Below, one piece after another: positions 10,093 through 20,617 of a DNA stretch of 64,000 nt. The notes beneath the pieces are model-generated. The model was given only the letters and a program-made list of their open reading frames with translations. It was not told the origin of the DNA and did not search any database. Both the position numbers and the translations under genes were made by a program. This stretch comes from an uncultured Candidatus Saccharibacteria bacterium. Lineage in GTDB: Bacteria; Patescibacteriota; Minisyncoccia; Phycocordibacterales; DSPV01. The DNA is taken from positions 49,599-113,598 of the forward strand of contig CAZTRA010000001.1 in assembly GCA_964616075.1 (NCBI GenBank). The letters run 5' to 3'. Numbering within the stretch: position 1 is the stretch's first letter; each line of letters opens with the position of its first letter.

Positions 10093-11496
10093 ATGAAGGA
10101 AAAAACGCGTCCCATGCTCCGTCTGCCACCACAGTCACTTGAGAGCGAACAAGCATTGCTCGGTTCAATCATGTTACGCCCTGATGCGGCGCTCGACATT
10201 ATGCCGAGCGTTCCACCAGACGCATTCTACGCTGAACGAAACCGACTGATTTATCAGACTATGATTGAACTAGCAGATCAACACTCGCCTATTGATTTAA
10301 TTTCTCTGGCGACAAAATTGTCAGAAAAAAAACTTCTTGAATCCGTCGGGGGGCGAGCCTACCTCGCTGACCTACTAGGTACAGTTCCTTCAGCAGCAAA
10401 CATTGAATACTACGCAGAGATTGTAGCCGGCAAATACCTGCTACGACGACTTATCGAGGCCTCAGAGCGCGTGGGACAACTAGGATACAGCGAGGATCGC
10501 AATGTTTCTGAACTCATAGACGAAGCGCAGCGAGTGATTTTTGACGTAGCTAACGCGTCGTCTCATGGCGTTAAATTTGTTGAATTAAGACACGCACTTG
10601 GAGAAGCGTGGAATCGAATCGACACCTTACACAAAAATAAACACGAGCTCCGTGGTGTTCCTACCGGCTTTAAGAAACTTGACGGACTACTTGCTGGTCT
10701 ACAAAAATCAGACCTTGTGATCCTCGCCGCACGCCCTTCTGTTGGTAAAACATCACTAGCACTTGATATTGCTCGCAACTCTGCCATTAAACACGGAACA
10801 CCAGTTGCTATTTTCTCTCTTGAAATGAGCTCGCAACAGCTTGTTGATCGTATGTTGGCGGCTCAATCGCAAGTAAACGCCTGGCGCATGCGCACTGGGT
10901 CACTCTCAACAGAAGATGAGTTTGGCCGTATCCGTGATGCACTTGATACCCTCTCCACCGCCCCTATATACATCAACGACGAACCGGGTATTACCGCTAT
11001 GAAGATGCGATCAGTTGCTCGACGACTGATGACAGAAAAAACACTCGGACTCATTGTTGTAGACTACTTACAACTCATGATGCCAATGCACACACGATCA
11101 TCTGATTCACTTGTACAACAAGTAACTGAAATTAGCCGCTCACTCAAACACCTTGCCCGTGAACTAAACGTACCAGTATTAGCACTCTCCCAGCTCTCCC
11201 GTGATGTTGAAAAACGTGGTGGTAAGCCGAGACTCTCTGACCTGCGTGACTCTGGTTCTATTGAACAAGATGCCGACGTTGTCATGTTTATTCATCGACC
11301 TGATCGATTTAACGAAAGTTCTGATCGCGCCAGTATCGCGGAAATACATGTCGAAAAACATCGCAACGGCCCGACAGGTAAAATTGACCTCTACTTTGAC
11401 GATCAACGAGCAACCTTCCTCGATCTTGAGAAAGATGATTTCGGAGCGCTTGCTAGTGGCATGACTAATACAACAGATAGCCCCAATGATTTCTAG
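10093..11496 (+). CDS. dnaB: replicative DNA helicase
   Basis: ARPSVGKT, IVVDYLQL, LSQLSR and SGSIEQDAD. Confidence 0.97.
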   Translation: MKEKTRPMLRLPPQSLESEQALLGSIMLRPDAALDIMPSVPPDAFYAERNRLIYQTMIELADQHSPIDLISLATKLSEKKLLESVGGRAYLADLLGTVPSAANIEYYAEIVAGKYLLRRLIEASERVGQLGYSEDRNVSELIDEAQRVIFDVANASSHGVKFVELRHALGEAWNRIDTLHKNKHELRGVPTGFKKLDGLLAGLQKSDLVILAARPSVGKTSLALDIARNSAIKHGTPVAIFSLEMSSQQLVDRMLAAQSQVNAWRMRTGSLSTEDEFGRIRDALDTLSTAPIYINDEPGITAMKMRSVARRLMTEKTLGLIVVDYLQLMMPMHTRSSDSLVQQVTEISRSLKHLARELNVPVLALSQLSRDVEKRGGKPRLSDLRDSGSIEQDADVVMFIHRPDRFNESSDRASIAEIHVEKHRNGPTGKIDLYFDDQRATFLDLEKDDFGALASGMTNTTDSPNDF

Positions 11497-11510
11497 TACA
11501 ATACAGCTAT

Positions 11511-12140
11511 ATGAAGCCAATAGATGAACTCACGGAATTATTTAAAACATTTCCTAGCGTCGGACCACGACAAGCGAAACGTTTTGTATATCATCTACTC
11601 ACCACCCAAAAAGATACATCTACCCGTATTGCTACCCTCATAAAGACAATACGCGAGAACACCGTCACATGTACAACATGCCAACGATTTTTCCCAAAAC
11701 AAAATCATGGATACACCACTTGTGAAGAATGCCGTGACACACAGAGAGACCCTTCTATACTTGCAATCGTGCCTCGAGACACAGATAGAGATGCTATTGA
11801 AAAAAGTAAAACATTCAAAGGGTACTACTTTGTACTTGGTGGTACAGTCCCTATACTGGGAGAACATCCTGAAAAAAGAATCCGTCTACCACTCTTACTA
11901 CGCACTATCACGCAACATGCTAAAAATGGTTTAAAAGAACTTATTATTGCCATGGACGCCAATCCTGAGGGGGATCATACGGCTGAATATCTCGTAAAAA
12001 CATTACAACCAATCACCGCAGAATACGCATTGATTACAACTGTACTAGGACGCGGATTCTCAACGGGTACCGAGCTTGAATATGCGGATCCGGAAACCAT
12101 ACAAAACGCACTCTTAAACCGATCAAAAATTACTTCATAA
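11511..12140 (+). CDS. recR: recombination mediator RecR
   Basis: HhH PSVGPRQAKR, C4 zinc finger, and Toprim EGDHTA...LEYAD. Confidence 0.93.
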   Translation: MKPIDELTELFKTFPSVGPRQAKRFVYHLLTTQKDTSTRIATLIKTIRENTVTCTTCQRFFPKQNHGYTTCEECRDTQRDPSILAIVPRDTDRDAIEKSKTFKGYYFVLGGTVPILGEHPEKRIRLPLLLRTITQHAKNGLKELIIAMDANPEGDHTAEYLVKTLQPITAEYALITTVLGRGFSTGTELEYADPETIQNALLNRSKITS

Positions 12141-12191
12141 AAAAATACAATCGCAAGACGATCAACGTACCACCACACAAAGACTATCAGC

Positions 12192-12231
12192 AAAAACTGC
12201 ATCTTCGGTAGAGACCTCGATGCAGTTTTTT
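12192..12231. terminator. bidirectional terminator between recR and rplU
   Basis: AAAAACTGCATC...GATGCAGTTTTT between convergent genes. Confidence 0.75.
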
Positions 12232-12238
12232 ACTTTTT

Positions 12239-12592
12239 TTATTTAATAGCTGTAATTGAAACCTCAACAAATGGTTGACGGTGGCCATTGCGCTTCATGT
12301 AACGACTTTTTTGCTTATATTTCACAACCATAATTTTAGAAGCACGGCCTTCTTTTGTGATTGTACCAGAGACAGAAGCCCCTGTAATATAGGGAGTACC
12401 AATAGTTGCTGCAGAGCCATCATCTACCAAAAGAACCTTATCAAAAACAACCGCGTCACCAACGCTCTTACCAGGAAGACGCTCAATCTTTATCGTGTCA
12501 CCCGCGATCACACCATACTGCTTACCACCGGTCTCAATGACGGCATAGGTGGTTGCATCACTCTTGTTTGTAGCGGTTTTTTTGGCAGGCAT
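12239..12592 (-). CDS. rplU: 50S ribosomal protein L21
   Basis: YAVIETGGKQY and GHRQPF. Confidence 0.96.
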   Translation of the reverse strand: MPAKKTATNKSDATTYAVIETGGKQYGVIAGDTIKIERLPGKSVGDAVVFDKVLLVDDGSAATIGTPYITGASVSGTITKEGRASKIMVVKYKQKSRYMKRNGHRQPFVEVSITAIK

Positions 12593-12640
12593 GTCAGTGA
12601 CTGTGTATTCTACCTAAATTTATATAATGTGCAAGGGTTT

Positions 12641-13714
12641 CTATGCCTCAGTATCCGGACGCTCCAGTGTCACTGTTTCAAGTTCCGGGGCAGTCCCTGC
12701 AATACGCAACACATCTTTATCAAGCTGTTTAAAGGCTTTACCAGAAGCATTGTAGTGGTTGACCACAGTCGAAAGCGCATTTCCAAGCTTTCCATGGTAC
12801 TCTTCGTAGCCCTTTAAATGCTTTCCTAGCTCTTCTACACGCTTACGTATCTCTTTGGCTGTTTCTTCTATTTGGAGGGCTTTCAGACCCTGTAATACGG
12901 TCTGGAGATAGGCAAGAAAAGAGGTTGGTGACACGATAATCACCCGGTACTTACCAGCCGCCCGCTGCACCAGATTTTCCGTATCATCCGTAACCGCCCC
13001 GACCTTGTTGACGAGCAAATCGTAGTAAATAGCCTCGTGCGGAATAAACATAAACGCAAAGTCGGTTGTTCCCTGCTCTGGCTGAATATATTTACTTGTT
13101 TCAACAATACGACTCTTTAAGTCGTTGGTAAAAATCTTCTGAAGCCGATCTTTTTCAGTGGGATCTTTTGCCTCAACCAAACGATTGTAATTTTCCAATG
13201 AAAACTTTGAATCAATGGGAATGATTTTTTCTTTCACAAACACAGCGGCATCAACAATCGTGCCATCAGGAAACACATACTGCATGGCAAAACTTCCCGG
13301 CGGCAACGTGTTTTTAAGAAGGGTTTCCAAATAATACTCGCCGAGTACGCCACGCTGTTTTGGATTTTTAAGCAAATCACCAAGACTCTGCAGTTCAGAA
13401 GCAAACCCAACCATCTGTTTTCCTGTTTCCTCAACACGCGTCACCTTTTCGGTCATTGCCGTCACTTCACGCAAAAACTTATCCACGAGCTTCTGCGATT
13501 CTCCAAACTGCGAGCGCATCGCATCGTGCATGAACTTGTTTGTCTCACCGATTTTCTCATCAACTGTTCGGGAAAGGCTATTCATCTGATCCAAAAGCAA
13601 ACGGAGCGATGTATCATCTTGCGGTATGGGCTTTTGCCTACGTACCAATAACATAATCACAGCGACCAATAGTGCGGTAATAATCGCAAGAAAACCAATT
13701 AATCCTGTGTCCAT
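12641..13714 (-). CDS. rmuC: DNA recombination protein RmuC
   Basis: N-terminal TM, coiled coil, RGVLGE, IDSKFS and TTDFAFMFIPHE. Confidence 0.92.
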   Translation of the reverse strand: MDTGLIGFLAIITALLVAVIMLLVRRQKPIPQDDTSLRLLLDQMNSLSRTVDEKIGETNKFMHDAMRSQFGESQKLVDKFLREVTAMTEKVTRVEETGKQMVGFASELQSLGDLLKNPKQRGVLGEYYLETLLKNTLPPGSFAMQYVFPDGTIVDAAVFVKEKIIPIDSKFSLENYNRLVEAKDPTEKDRLQKIFTNDLKSRIVETSKYIQPEQGTTDFAFMFIPHEAIYYDLLVNKVGAVTDDTENLVQRAAGKYRVIIVSPTSFLAYLQTVLQGLKALQIEETAKEIRKRVEELGKHLKGYEEYHGKLGNALSTVVNHYNASGKAFKQLDKDVLRIAGTAPELETVTLERPDTEA

Positions 13715-13841
13715 AACATGTATTGTAGCATGGTGAAACCGAGCTCCTCGTCATAAGGAATCCTATGTTTGACTAAATAAAAAATAAGTGCTAATATATT
13801 TTTAGAAAACGTACTTCAAAACATCAACTGAAAGGATTTGC

Positions 13842-14426
13842 GTGAATTTCTATATCGCCGACATCCACCTCTTCGCGTGGATTGGAGCCGCACTCGCAAT
13901 ACTTGCATTCATCATCCTTGGGCACGGCATCTCCCAATCGAAAATAACTCAAAATATCCTCACCTGGGGACTCTGGGCTATTCTCGACATGGTGGCATTC
14001 GTGTCAGTGCTCGTACAAGGAGGAAACTCCTTACTAATTGCAATCTTCGTGTTGGGTAATGCCAGCATCACCGTGCTGATATACAGCACAGGTGGCGTGA
14101 TCACCTGGACGTGGTTTGAAAAAACCATTCTCCTTTTAATTGCGCTATGCATGATGATCTGGTACCTCTCGGGCCCTCAAGGAGCGACTATTGCGAGTAC
14201 CATAGCGGTATGCCTTGCCGGCGTACCACAACTCAAAGACGTTGCCAAAAACCCAAACACGGCACCGCTCTCACTATGGGTACTCAGTTTCCTCGCCAAT
14301 GGTATAACAACCGCCGGCGGCAAGAACTGGTCCATCGAGGAGCGCCTCTACCCTGCCGCAAGCACGGCGTACTGCCTGATCCTTGTTCTGTTGACCCTGC
14401 GACGCTACACCTATAAACAGGCATAG
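13842..14426 (+). CDS. orphan multi-TM membrane protein
   Basis: About 7 hydrophobic segments. Own TTGACT promoter (13769), AAAGGA SD and terminator at 14432-14461. Confidence 0.7.
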   Translation: MNFYIADIHLFAWIGAALAILAFIILGHGISQSKITQNILTWGLWAILDMVAFVSVLVQGGNSLLIAIFVLGNASITVLIYSTGGVITWTWFEKTILLLIALCMMIWYLSGPQGATIASTIAVCLAGVPQLKDVAKNPNTAPLSLWVLSFLANGITTAGGKNWSIEERLYPAASTAYCLILVLLTLRRYTYKQA

Positions 14427-14523
14427 CGCACAACCACTCCGTACATGGTCGGAGTGGTTTTCTATTACTGGCTTTTCACAGTCTGTAGTCGTACACTATA
14501 CCTACGAGCTAATCTATATACTC

Positions 14524-14973
14524 ATGTCACTTGCACAAGATATTAAGCAATTAGTAAAAGAAGCGCTCCTCAAGAAAGATGAGGTGCGCCTGACCGTCCT
14601 GCGATCTATCCAAGCAGCTATTACCAATGAGATCATTGCCAAAAAAGTTACCGAGTTGACCGATGATGACGTGCTAACCCTCATCAGACGGTCGGTCAAG
14701 CAGCACAAAGACTCAATCGATCAATTTACCAAAGGTGGACGCACCGATCTCGTACACAGCGAGCAAGCGGAACTCACTATTCTTGAAGAATTTTTGCCGA
14801 CTATGATGGACAAAACGGAAATAAAAAAGATTGCGGAAGCAAAAATGAAAGAACTCGGTGTGACTAATAAAACAAAAGCCGGTATGCTCACCGGTGCACT
14901 CATGAAAGAATTGAAAGGACAAGCAGACGGCTCAGATGTGAAAGCGGTAGTTGATCAACTCCTCACTACCTAA
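14524..14973 (+). CDS. GatB/YqeY domain protein
   Basis: LTVLR, KQHKDSIDQF..GGR.DL and KGQADG..V. Confidence 0.9.
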   Translation: MSLAQDIKQLVKEALLKKDEVRLTVLRSIQAAITNEIIAKKVTELTDDDVLTLIRRSVKQHKDSIDQFTKGGRTDLVHSEQAELTILEEFLPTMMDKTEIKKIAEAKMKELGVTNKTKAGMLTGALMKELKGQADGSDVKAVVDQLLTT

Positions 14974-14979
14974 CCAAAG

Positions 14980-15014
14980 AAAACCCCCATCCTGCAAGCA
15001 GGATGGGGGTTTTT
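14980..15014 (+). terminator. intrinsic terminator
   Basis: AAAACCCCCATCCTGC-AA-GCAGGATGGGGGTTTTT. Confidence 0.85.
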
Positions 15015-15093
15015 CATTCAGACATATTACACCTTATTCCCCATATATTGACAATAGCACTGTTTTTATACATAATGGCACGAGAGGTACTTT

Positions 15094-15303
15094 ATGCCCA
15101 CACGTATCATACCGCACAGGCCAATCCAGAAAGCACAGTGGTGGTTTGAGCAAATGAGGCGGGCCGCCTCACAAGCTCAAGACGACCCTCCCACCACCAC
15201 GAAAGCCCCCGCACCTACCGTACATAGGGGCATACAACCACCACCAAATAACCAGAAAAAACAAAGCTGGTTGAAGCAGTGGGAGGAAGAAAACGACCGA
15301 TGA
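15094..15303 (+). CDS. 69-aa hypothetical protein
   Basis: Preceded by a TTGACA..CATAAT promoter and GAGG SD. Pro-rich middle section. Confidence 0.5.
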   Translation: MPTRIIPHRPIQKAQWWFEQMRRAASQAQDDPPTTTKAPAPTVHRGIQPPPNNQKKQSWLKQWEEENDR

Positions 15304-15351
15304 ATGACATGCCGTAGCGTCCACACGACAATGTGTGGACGTTTTTCATGT

Positions 15352-15573
15352 TCACATTTCTGCAGAATCCTCCTGCAATACCGCTTCGACAAACGAAAGG
15401 CGACTGTCAGCATGACGCCACTCATTCTGTTTTTCTTGCGCCAGAAGAGTGCCCAGGGCGGACACATCACCCTCAGGAAGCGTCTCTAAAGAACTTAGTA
15501 ATTGTTTCTTTAGATCATCACTAAATAACGCGCTATGTTGTATGAGTACCGCAAGAGCTTCACGTTTGGTCAT
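15352..15573 (-). CDS. hypothetical protein
   Basis: 73-aa ORF coupled by an ATGA overlap to 15570..16223. Confidence 0.6.
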   Translation of the reverse strand: MTKREALAVLIQHSALFSDDLKKQLLSSLETLPEGDVSALGTLLAQEKQNEWRHADSRLSFVEAVLQEDSAEM

Positions 15574-16223
15574 ATATCTTTTTGTATATCTCCTGGCTTA
15601 AAAACTGCTACTGCCTTCTCAACCACATCTTTATGACGCATATGCGATTCCCTACGTATACGAAGTATCTCTCTGATAGCACGATATGCCTCATACAACG
15701 CTTCCTTATCATGACCAAAGAACTGGTGTAATGTTTCATACGCATGGGTCGGTGCAACACCGAGCGTTCCCACCTCAGCTAATTCAGTACCAATCGCCCC
15801 TTTTAGCGGTACGTGCGGCGTTAAAAAATCAAGTTTCTTAAACCATTTGAGTTTTGCAAGAACTTTCATAGCATCAGCGCTCGTGGAGCCACCCTCAGTC
15901 AAGGGAAAAGTGTCGAGCGCAACAATGCCGAGGTTTGCCATTGTACGCAGAAGTGCCTTCATTCCCTCTTTCACTGAAGGATCTCTCGCGAGCATGTGCC
16001 ACGCACTAGAGACGTCTACATACTCACCCACAAATTGTGGCGATAACTCTGCTGTCTCCATAGACTCAGGCACAATGTCAGGAATGTTCTTGGTATCCGC
16101 TAACACAGGCTCACCCACAAGCTCTGGTTTCTTTTGTATTTCAACATTCTCGGGGGTGATAACGCCGGCAGTATTCTGTTCCAACGATTCAGGTACCCCT
16201 TCAAAACCTTTTGATTCCTTCAT
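15570..16223 (-). CDS. hypothetical protein
   Basis: 217-aa ORF with acidic N-terminus. TGaTATCAT lies 6 nt before the ATG. Confidence 0.7.
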   Translation of the reverse strand: MKESKGFEGVPESLEQNTAGVITPENVEIQKKPELVGEPVLADTKNIPDIVPESMETAELSPQFVGEYVDVSSAWHMLARDPSVKEGMKALLRTMANLGIVALDTFPLTEGGSTSADAMKVLAKLKWFKKLDFLTPHVPLKGAIGTELAEVGTLGVAPTHAYETLHQFFGHDKEALYEAYRAIREILRIRRESHMRHKDVVEKAVAVFKPGDIQKDI

Positions 16224-16337
16224 ATGCCCATGATATCAAAAAAAAACGAATCATTAAAAACAAATGCCCTGCAACAATGTAGATTGTGATGTAATTGCAT
16301 CATGTATATTCACTTCCGACCAAGAAGTTTCAATTTG

Positions 16338-16409
16338 TGACCCTACGGGGAGTTGAACCCCGGTTTCACCCGTGAGAGGGGTGCGTCCTAGCCACTAGAC
16401 GATAGGGCC
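16338..16409 (-). tRNA. tRNA-Glu (CTC)
   Basis: Acceptor stem GGCCCTA/TAGGGTC, anticodon arm CACCC-CTCTCAC-GGGTG, T-loop GTTCAAC. CCA is not encoded. Confidence 0.93.
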
Positions 16410-16587
16410 ATGCCTAGATAAAAAATAGTATCCCAAAATAAAACCTATATCAAGCCAATATTGACTTATATATATCTATAATTCATAATATAGAGAGATA
16501 TGTAAACAACATGACACTAGCTATACAGATGGAACTGTGTGGCCATGGACCAAAAATGTCATGATGTGCATACGCTAGGAGTCTCAC

Positions 16588-17106
16588 ATGAGTACTGATA
16601 GCCTCACGGAGGGGTGTGCGATGGTCGCACATTTCCTCCGAAAGAAAGAGTACGTCCCCCAGCCAGGGGAAGTAAAGAAGATATACGAAAAAATATATTA
16701 CACTCGGGAGCTGTACACCAGCTTCTTAAGATTGATGATTCCAACTGTCCTTTTTTTGACAGAAAAAATTATCAAAAATTACACCTTTCCCCATCAAGAA
16801 ATAGTAACGGGAGGGATAGTTGTAATGGCTATAGTGGTAGCTATATACTACCTATGCCGCATGGCTGATATGGTCATTAAGATGCCGGACTTGAATGGGC
16901 CGGCAACGGGCGCTGAAGACATGGCCCGAGAAATAGAGAAAAAAATAAACGAATTCCGGCAACTCATGGGAAAATATCCCCAGGACATGGGGAGAGAGAA
17001 AATTAGAAATTTCTTGACAAGAGAAGCTAAAAAGCCAAAAGCAGCCCGACTTGAAGAAATTTTCACAGTCGCACAAGAGCTTGTGCGACTAGACTCACAC
17101 AGATAG
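16588..17106 (+). CDS. orphan two-TM protein
   Basis: TTGACT (16461) / CATAAT promoter, AGGAG SD, and terminator AACCCCACTC..GAGTGGGGTTTTT at about 17126-17153. Confidence 0.65.
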   Translation: MSTDSLTEGCAMVAHFLRKKEYVPQPGEVKKIYEKIYYTRELYTSFLRLMIPTVLFLTEKIIKNYTFPHQEIVTGGIVVMAIVVAIYYLCRMADMVIKMPDLNGPATGAEDMAREIEKKINEFRQLMGKYPQDMGREKIRNFLTREAKKPKAARLEEIFTVAQELVRLDSHR

Positions 17107-17157
17107 TGCCCCCGCAACGGTGACCAACCCCACTCACATCGAGTGGGGTTTTTATAC

Positions 17158-18462
17158 CTACCGCTTTTGCCATTCCTCATCTTGTCGAACCAGCACATCA
17201 ATCGAGTGTGCGGTCTGATCAAGTAACGCTGCCGATACACGTTCCATGCGCATTCCTTGAGAACCTTTTACCAAAACTATATCTCTCGCTTCAAGGATGT
17301 GTGACAGATACAGTGCTGCTTTTTTTGATTCCGCAAATGAAAAGATAGTGCGTGCATCTTTCCCTGCTCGCACAGCCGCTTGCGCTACATCACGAGATCG
17401 TGGACCAACTGTGACCAGCACATCTACAAACGCCACCTCCTTACCAATAGCCTCATGTTCTGTGACCGAGTATTTACCAAGTTCAAGCATGTCACCTAAC
17501 ACAGCAATCTTCCTTCCTGCACACTGCAACGACAAGAGAGTACGCACTGCCTCAAGCGTTGCAATGGGAGACGAATTATACGTATCATCAATAATCACAC
17601 TTTCATGAATCCCTTTGAGTAATCGCATACGGCCCGGAGGAGATTGATGTGTAGCTAATACAGGCACCGCTTTGGCTGGATCAAAACCGGCAGCTTTCAC
17701 AACACACAACGCTGCAAGTACCGGATACACATGTTGTACCCCTAAACACCCAGAAAGCTCAAAACGAAATGGTGTTTGATTCCCTACTATGGATACTGAA
17801 AAAGAAATACCTGATGGAACTTTTCTCTGATCATCTTTTTGATACGTTATTTCATATTCACTCGCTCGCACGTACACACCCTCTGAAAAACCATATGTAA
17901 TGGCGGTGAGCGCACGACGTTTCACTTGGTCGAGAATGATCGGATCATCACCATTCGCAACCACACTGCCAGATATACGCAACGCCTCAGCAAGAGTCAT
18001 TTTTTCGGCAATCACTTCCTGCGGCGAAGAAAAATGCTCCACGTGTACCGGTACATCAGGCAGACGTGTCAACACCGCAATGTGGGGCCTCACCCATGAG
18101 GCCGTACTCTTGATATCTCCCGGACGATCAGCACCCACTTCAAGTACCAACCATGACGGATATGAATCTCGCTTTATAAGTTGCCATGCACCAAACAGTA
18201 GATTTTTTATCCATACAAACGGATTATTCCAACCATTAGCCAAACCTAGTACCGTCAGTGGCACCCCAATCTCACTATTGAATGATTTTTCACTTTTACG
18301 AACAGTTGTAACGGCTGCAAGTGCTGTAAAAATAGCATCTTTTGTTGTTGTTTTTCCCACACTGCCAGTCACCGCAACAATCGAGGGCTCATGGCGCCGC
18401 AACATTGCGTGTGCCTCTTTCTGCAACAAAAAAATAATAATCTTTTTAAGACAATTTTTCAT
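17158..18462 (-). CDS. murF: UDP-N-acetylmuramoyl-tripeptide--D-Ala-D-Ala ligase
   Basis: TGSVGKTTTK, NSEIGVP, DDTYNSSP, LGDMLELG and VKGSQGMRME. Confidence 0.93.
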   Translation of the reverse strand: MKNCLKKIIIFLLQKEAHAMLRRHEPSIVAVTGSVGKTTTKDAIFTALAAVTTVRKSEKSFNSEIGVPLTVLGLANGWNNPFVWIKNLLFGAWQLIKRDSYPSWLVLEVGADRPGDIKSTASWVRPHIAVLTRLPDVPVHVEHFSSPQEVIAEKMTLAEALRISGSVVANGDDPIILDQVKRRALTAITYGFSEGVYVRASEYEITYQKDDQRKVPSGISFSVSIVGNQTPFRFELSGCLGVQHVYPVLAALCVVKAAGFDPAKAVPVLATHQSPPGRMRLLKGIHESVIIDDTYNSSPIATLEAVRTLLSLQCAGRKIAVLGDMLELGKYSVTEHEAIGKEVAFVDVLVTVGPRSRDVAQAAVRAGKDARTIFSFAESKKAALYLSHILEARDIVLVKGSQGMRMERVSAALLDQTAHSIDVLVRQDEEWQKR

Positions 18463-18548
18463 TAAAAAATACGGGCGAGTGCCACATCGTAGATATTACT
18501 ATATACCCAAACTACCACAGATGCATGGGGAAAATTTTACCCATGCAT

Positions 18549-20261
18549 CTACCGATCAGGTGGCACGCTGTAGTAGGAAAGAAGAAAACGCGTCATGTCC
18601 ATGAACGGCCCTGTTAATGTCTCTGATGCATACGTGGCACCTTTGGGATGCACCGCGTATAAAAAAACAAGAAACTTTGGATCATGCGCTGGGAAATAAC
18701 CAAAAAATGAGTTAAGGTACCGATCATCATAGTACCCACCCGCGGGATTGGCGATCTGCGCAGTTCCTGTCTTTGCAGCCACCGTATAGCGAGATAATTT
18801 TGCTTTACCATGCAACAACGCTTCATCAACCACCAACACAAGCATGCGAGTAATTGTGTCTGATGTCTCCTTTGAAATCACCCGTTTAGTCGAACTATAA
18901 TCTGGACGCCGTACTGAACCATCTTCATACTGAATCTCTTTGATCACGTGCGGATTGACTAGCATACCACCATTACCAAGTGCTGCGAGCGCGCGAACCA
19001 TCATTATAGGTGTTACCGCGATCCCTTGCCCATACGATGCAGTCGCTACATTTACATCTCGCTTAGAATTCAGATTAGCAATGAGTCCAGGTAATTCATT
19101 TGGCAAATCAATACCTGTCTCCTCACCAATACCAAATGAACGCAGACCTTCCACAAACCGATCTGCTCCAAGTGCAAGCGCCACGTGTGCGGCACCTGTG
19201 TTTAAAGATTTATTAAGCACCTCTTGCATACCAACTACCCCCCTACCCTTACCATCAAAATTACGTATTGTCTTACCATCAAGTTCAAGGAACCCTTTAT
19301 CTGTATACGTACTCGTAGTTGTCACTACACCCGCATCAAGACCAAGCGCCAGCGTGATAGGCTTCATAATCGAACCCATTTCATACACATGTTCGACAAG
19401 CGGATTAGTAAAAAGACCGACATCTTTCACACGTGCATACGTATTAGGATCAAACGATGGAATTGAGGCAAGAGCTAACACTTCTCCCGTCTGCGGATCA
19501 AGCACCACCCCTCCACCCTCACCAATACTCCATTGATCATTAATAGCAGTCAGTGTCTTTTCTAATTCCACCTGTACTGTTGGTTCAATAGATACCACAA
19601 TCGAACCAGGAACATCACTTGATGAGGATGCTTGTTTTGTGGGTGCATCAAATAAGCCAGTGAAAATAGTCTTTTTTGCAGTATTTGATCCTCGTCGCAA
19701 TACATGTTCATAATAACGCTCCAACCCATACTGACCGACCAGATGATCACCATCCCATCCGACAAAACCAATTGTATGAGCCGCCATATCAAGAGCTGGA
19801 TACATACGCCAGCGATCTTCATTCACTATCACACCAGGAATGCGTAAGGCTTTGATACGCTGACCATCTTCTTCACTTACCCGCCGTGCAACTTCACGAT
19901 ACGTGTCAGATGATCGCCTAAGCGCATCAAAAAAAACATTAGTATCTAAAGAAATAATTTCCGTAAGTTGAGCAAACGTACTTGATGCTTGCAAGGCAAC
20001 AATTTTTGGATTAATAGCGATCACCACACCGGTGGCGAGAGTTGCAACACCAATTTTTCTTCCAGTTTTTTCAACAAAATAAATAGAACCTCGATCAAAT
20101 AACTCCCCCACACCTCTTTGATACTGCTGATCAGCAGCTTGACGATAGGTTTCTCCATAGACCACCGTCACCACATACAACTTACCAATCAACACGCACC
20201 CAAACAGAAAAACCATCAAACCAACGAATCGAAGCCGGAGAGACGTATTACTTGACGACAT
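18549..20261 (-). CDS. ftsI: class B penicillin-binding protein (FtsI-like)
   Basis: SxxK (GSIMK), SLN and KTGT motifs; position in the dcw cluster. Confidence 0.88.
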   Translation of the reverse strand: MSSSNTSLRLRFVGLMVFLFGCVLIGKLYVVTVVYGETYRQAADQQYQRGVGELFDRGSIYFVEKTGRKIGVATLATGVVIAINPKIVALQASSTFAQLTEIISLDTNVFFDALRRSSDTYREVARRVSEEDGQRIKALRIPGVIVNEDRWRMYPALDMAAHTIGFVGWDGDHLVGQYGLERYYEHVLRRGSNTAKKTIFTGLFDAPTKQASSSSDVPGSIVVSIEPTVQVELEKTLTAINDQWSIGEGGGVVLDPQTGEVLALASIPSFDPNTYARVKDVGLFTNPLVEHVYEMGSIMKPITLALGLDAGVVTTTSTYTDKGFLELDGKTIRNFDGKGRGVVGMQEVLNKSLNTGAAHVALALGADRFVEGLRSFGIGEETGIDLPNELPGLIANLNSKRDVNVATASYGQGIAVTPIMMVRALAALGNGGMLVNPHVIKEIQYEDGSVRRPDYSSTKRVISKETSDTITRMLVLVVDEALLHGKAKLSRYTVAAKTGTAQIANPAGGYYDDRYLNSFFGYFPAHDPKFLVFLYAVHPKGATYASETLTGPFMDMTRFLLSYYSVPPDR

Positions 20262-20613
20262 GCACTAAAGAAAAACTTTTTGCAATAGAACTACGGACCA
20301 CAAAAGTTGGATCCATGGGCACAAAGCCACGAGCGACTATTTCTTTTTTGTTTACTTCCGTAAGTAATGCAAGATACTGAGCCTCTTCCTTTGCTGTGAT
20401 AGTGGTCAGCTCATGAATAGCGACTATTGCTGTTCGCCGCTCAGCAGCCGAGACAGTCGTACCAATCAAACATGTAACATACGCAATAGAAGCACACGCA
20501 ACAATACCACATAGTCCGTAGCCAATAGCACGCCTCACAGAACCAACTACATGTACCGCACTGACGGCAGCCTTCAAAAAATTTTGAGAAATGGTTGGTA
20601 ATAATACAGTCAT
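20248..20613 (-). CDS. single-TM protein at the ftsL position
   Basis: Lies between rsmH and ftsI; TM followed by a short helix and a ..ARGFV motif. Confidence 0.55.
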   Translation of the reverse strand: MTVLLPTISQNFLKAAVSAVHVVGSVRRAIGYGLCGIVACASIAYVTCLIGTTVSAAERRTAIVAIHELTTITAKEEAQYLALLTEVNKKEIVARGFVPMDPTFVVRSSIAKSFSLVHVVK

Positions 20614-20617
20614 AAAA

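Noticed and set aside
17900-18604. long antisense ORFs over murF, ftsI and similar core genes
   Set aside because: They overlap well-supported genes on the opposite strand and show no recognisable motifs.
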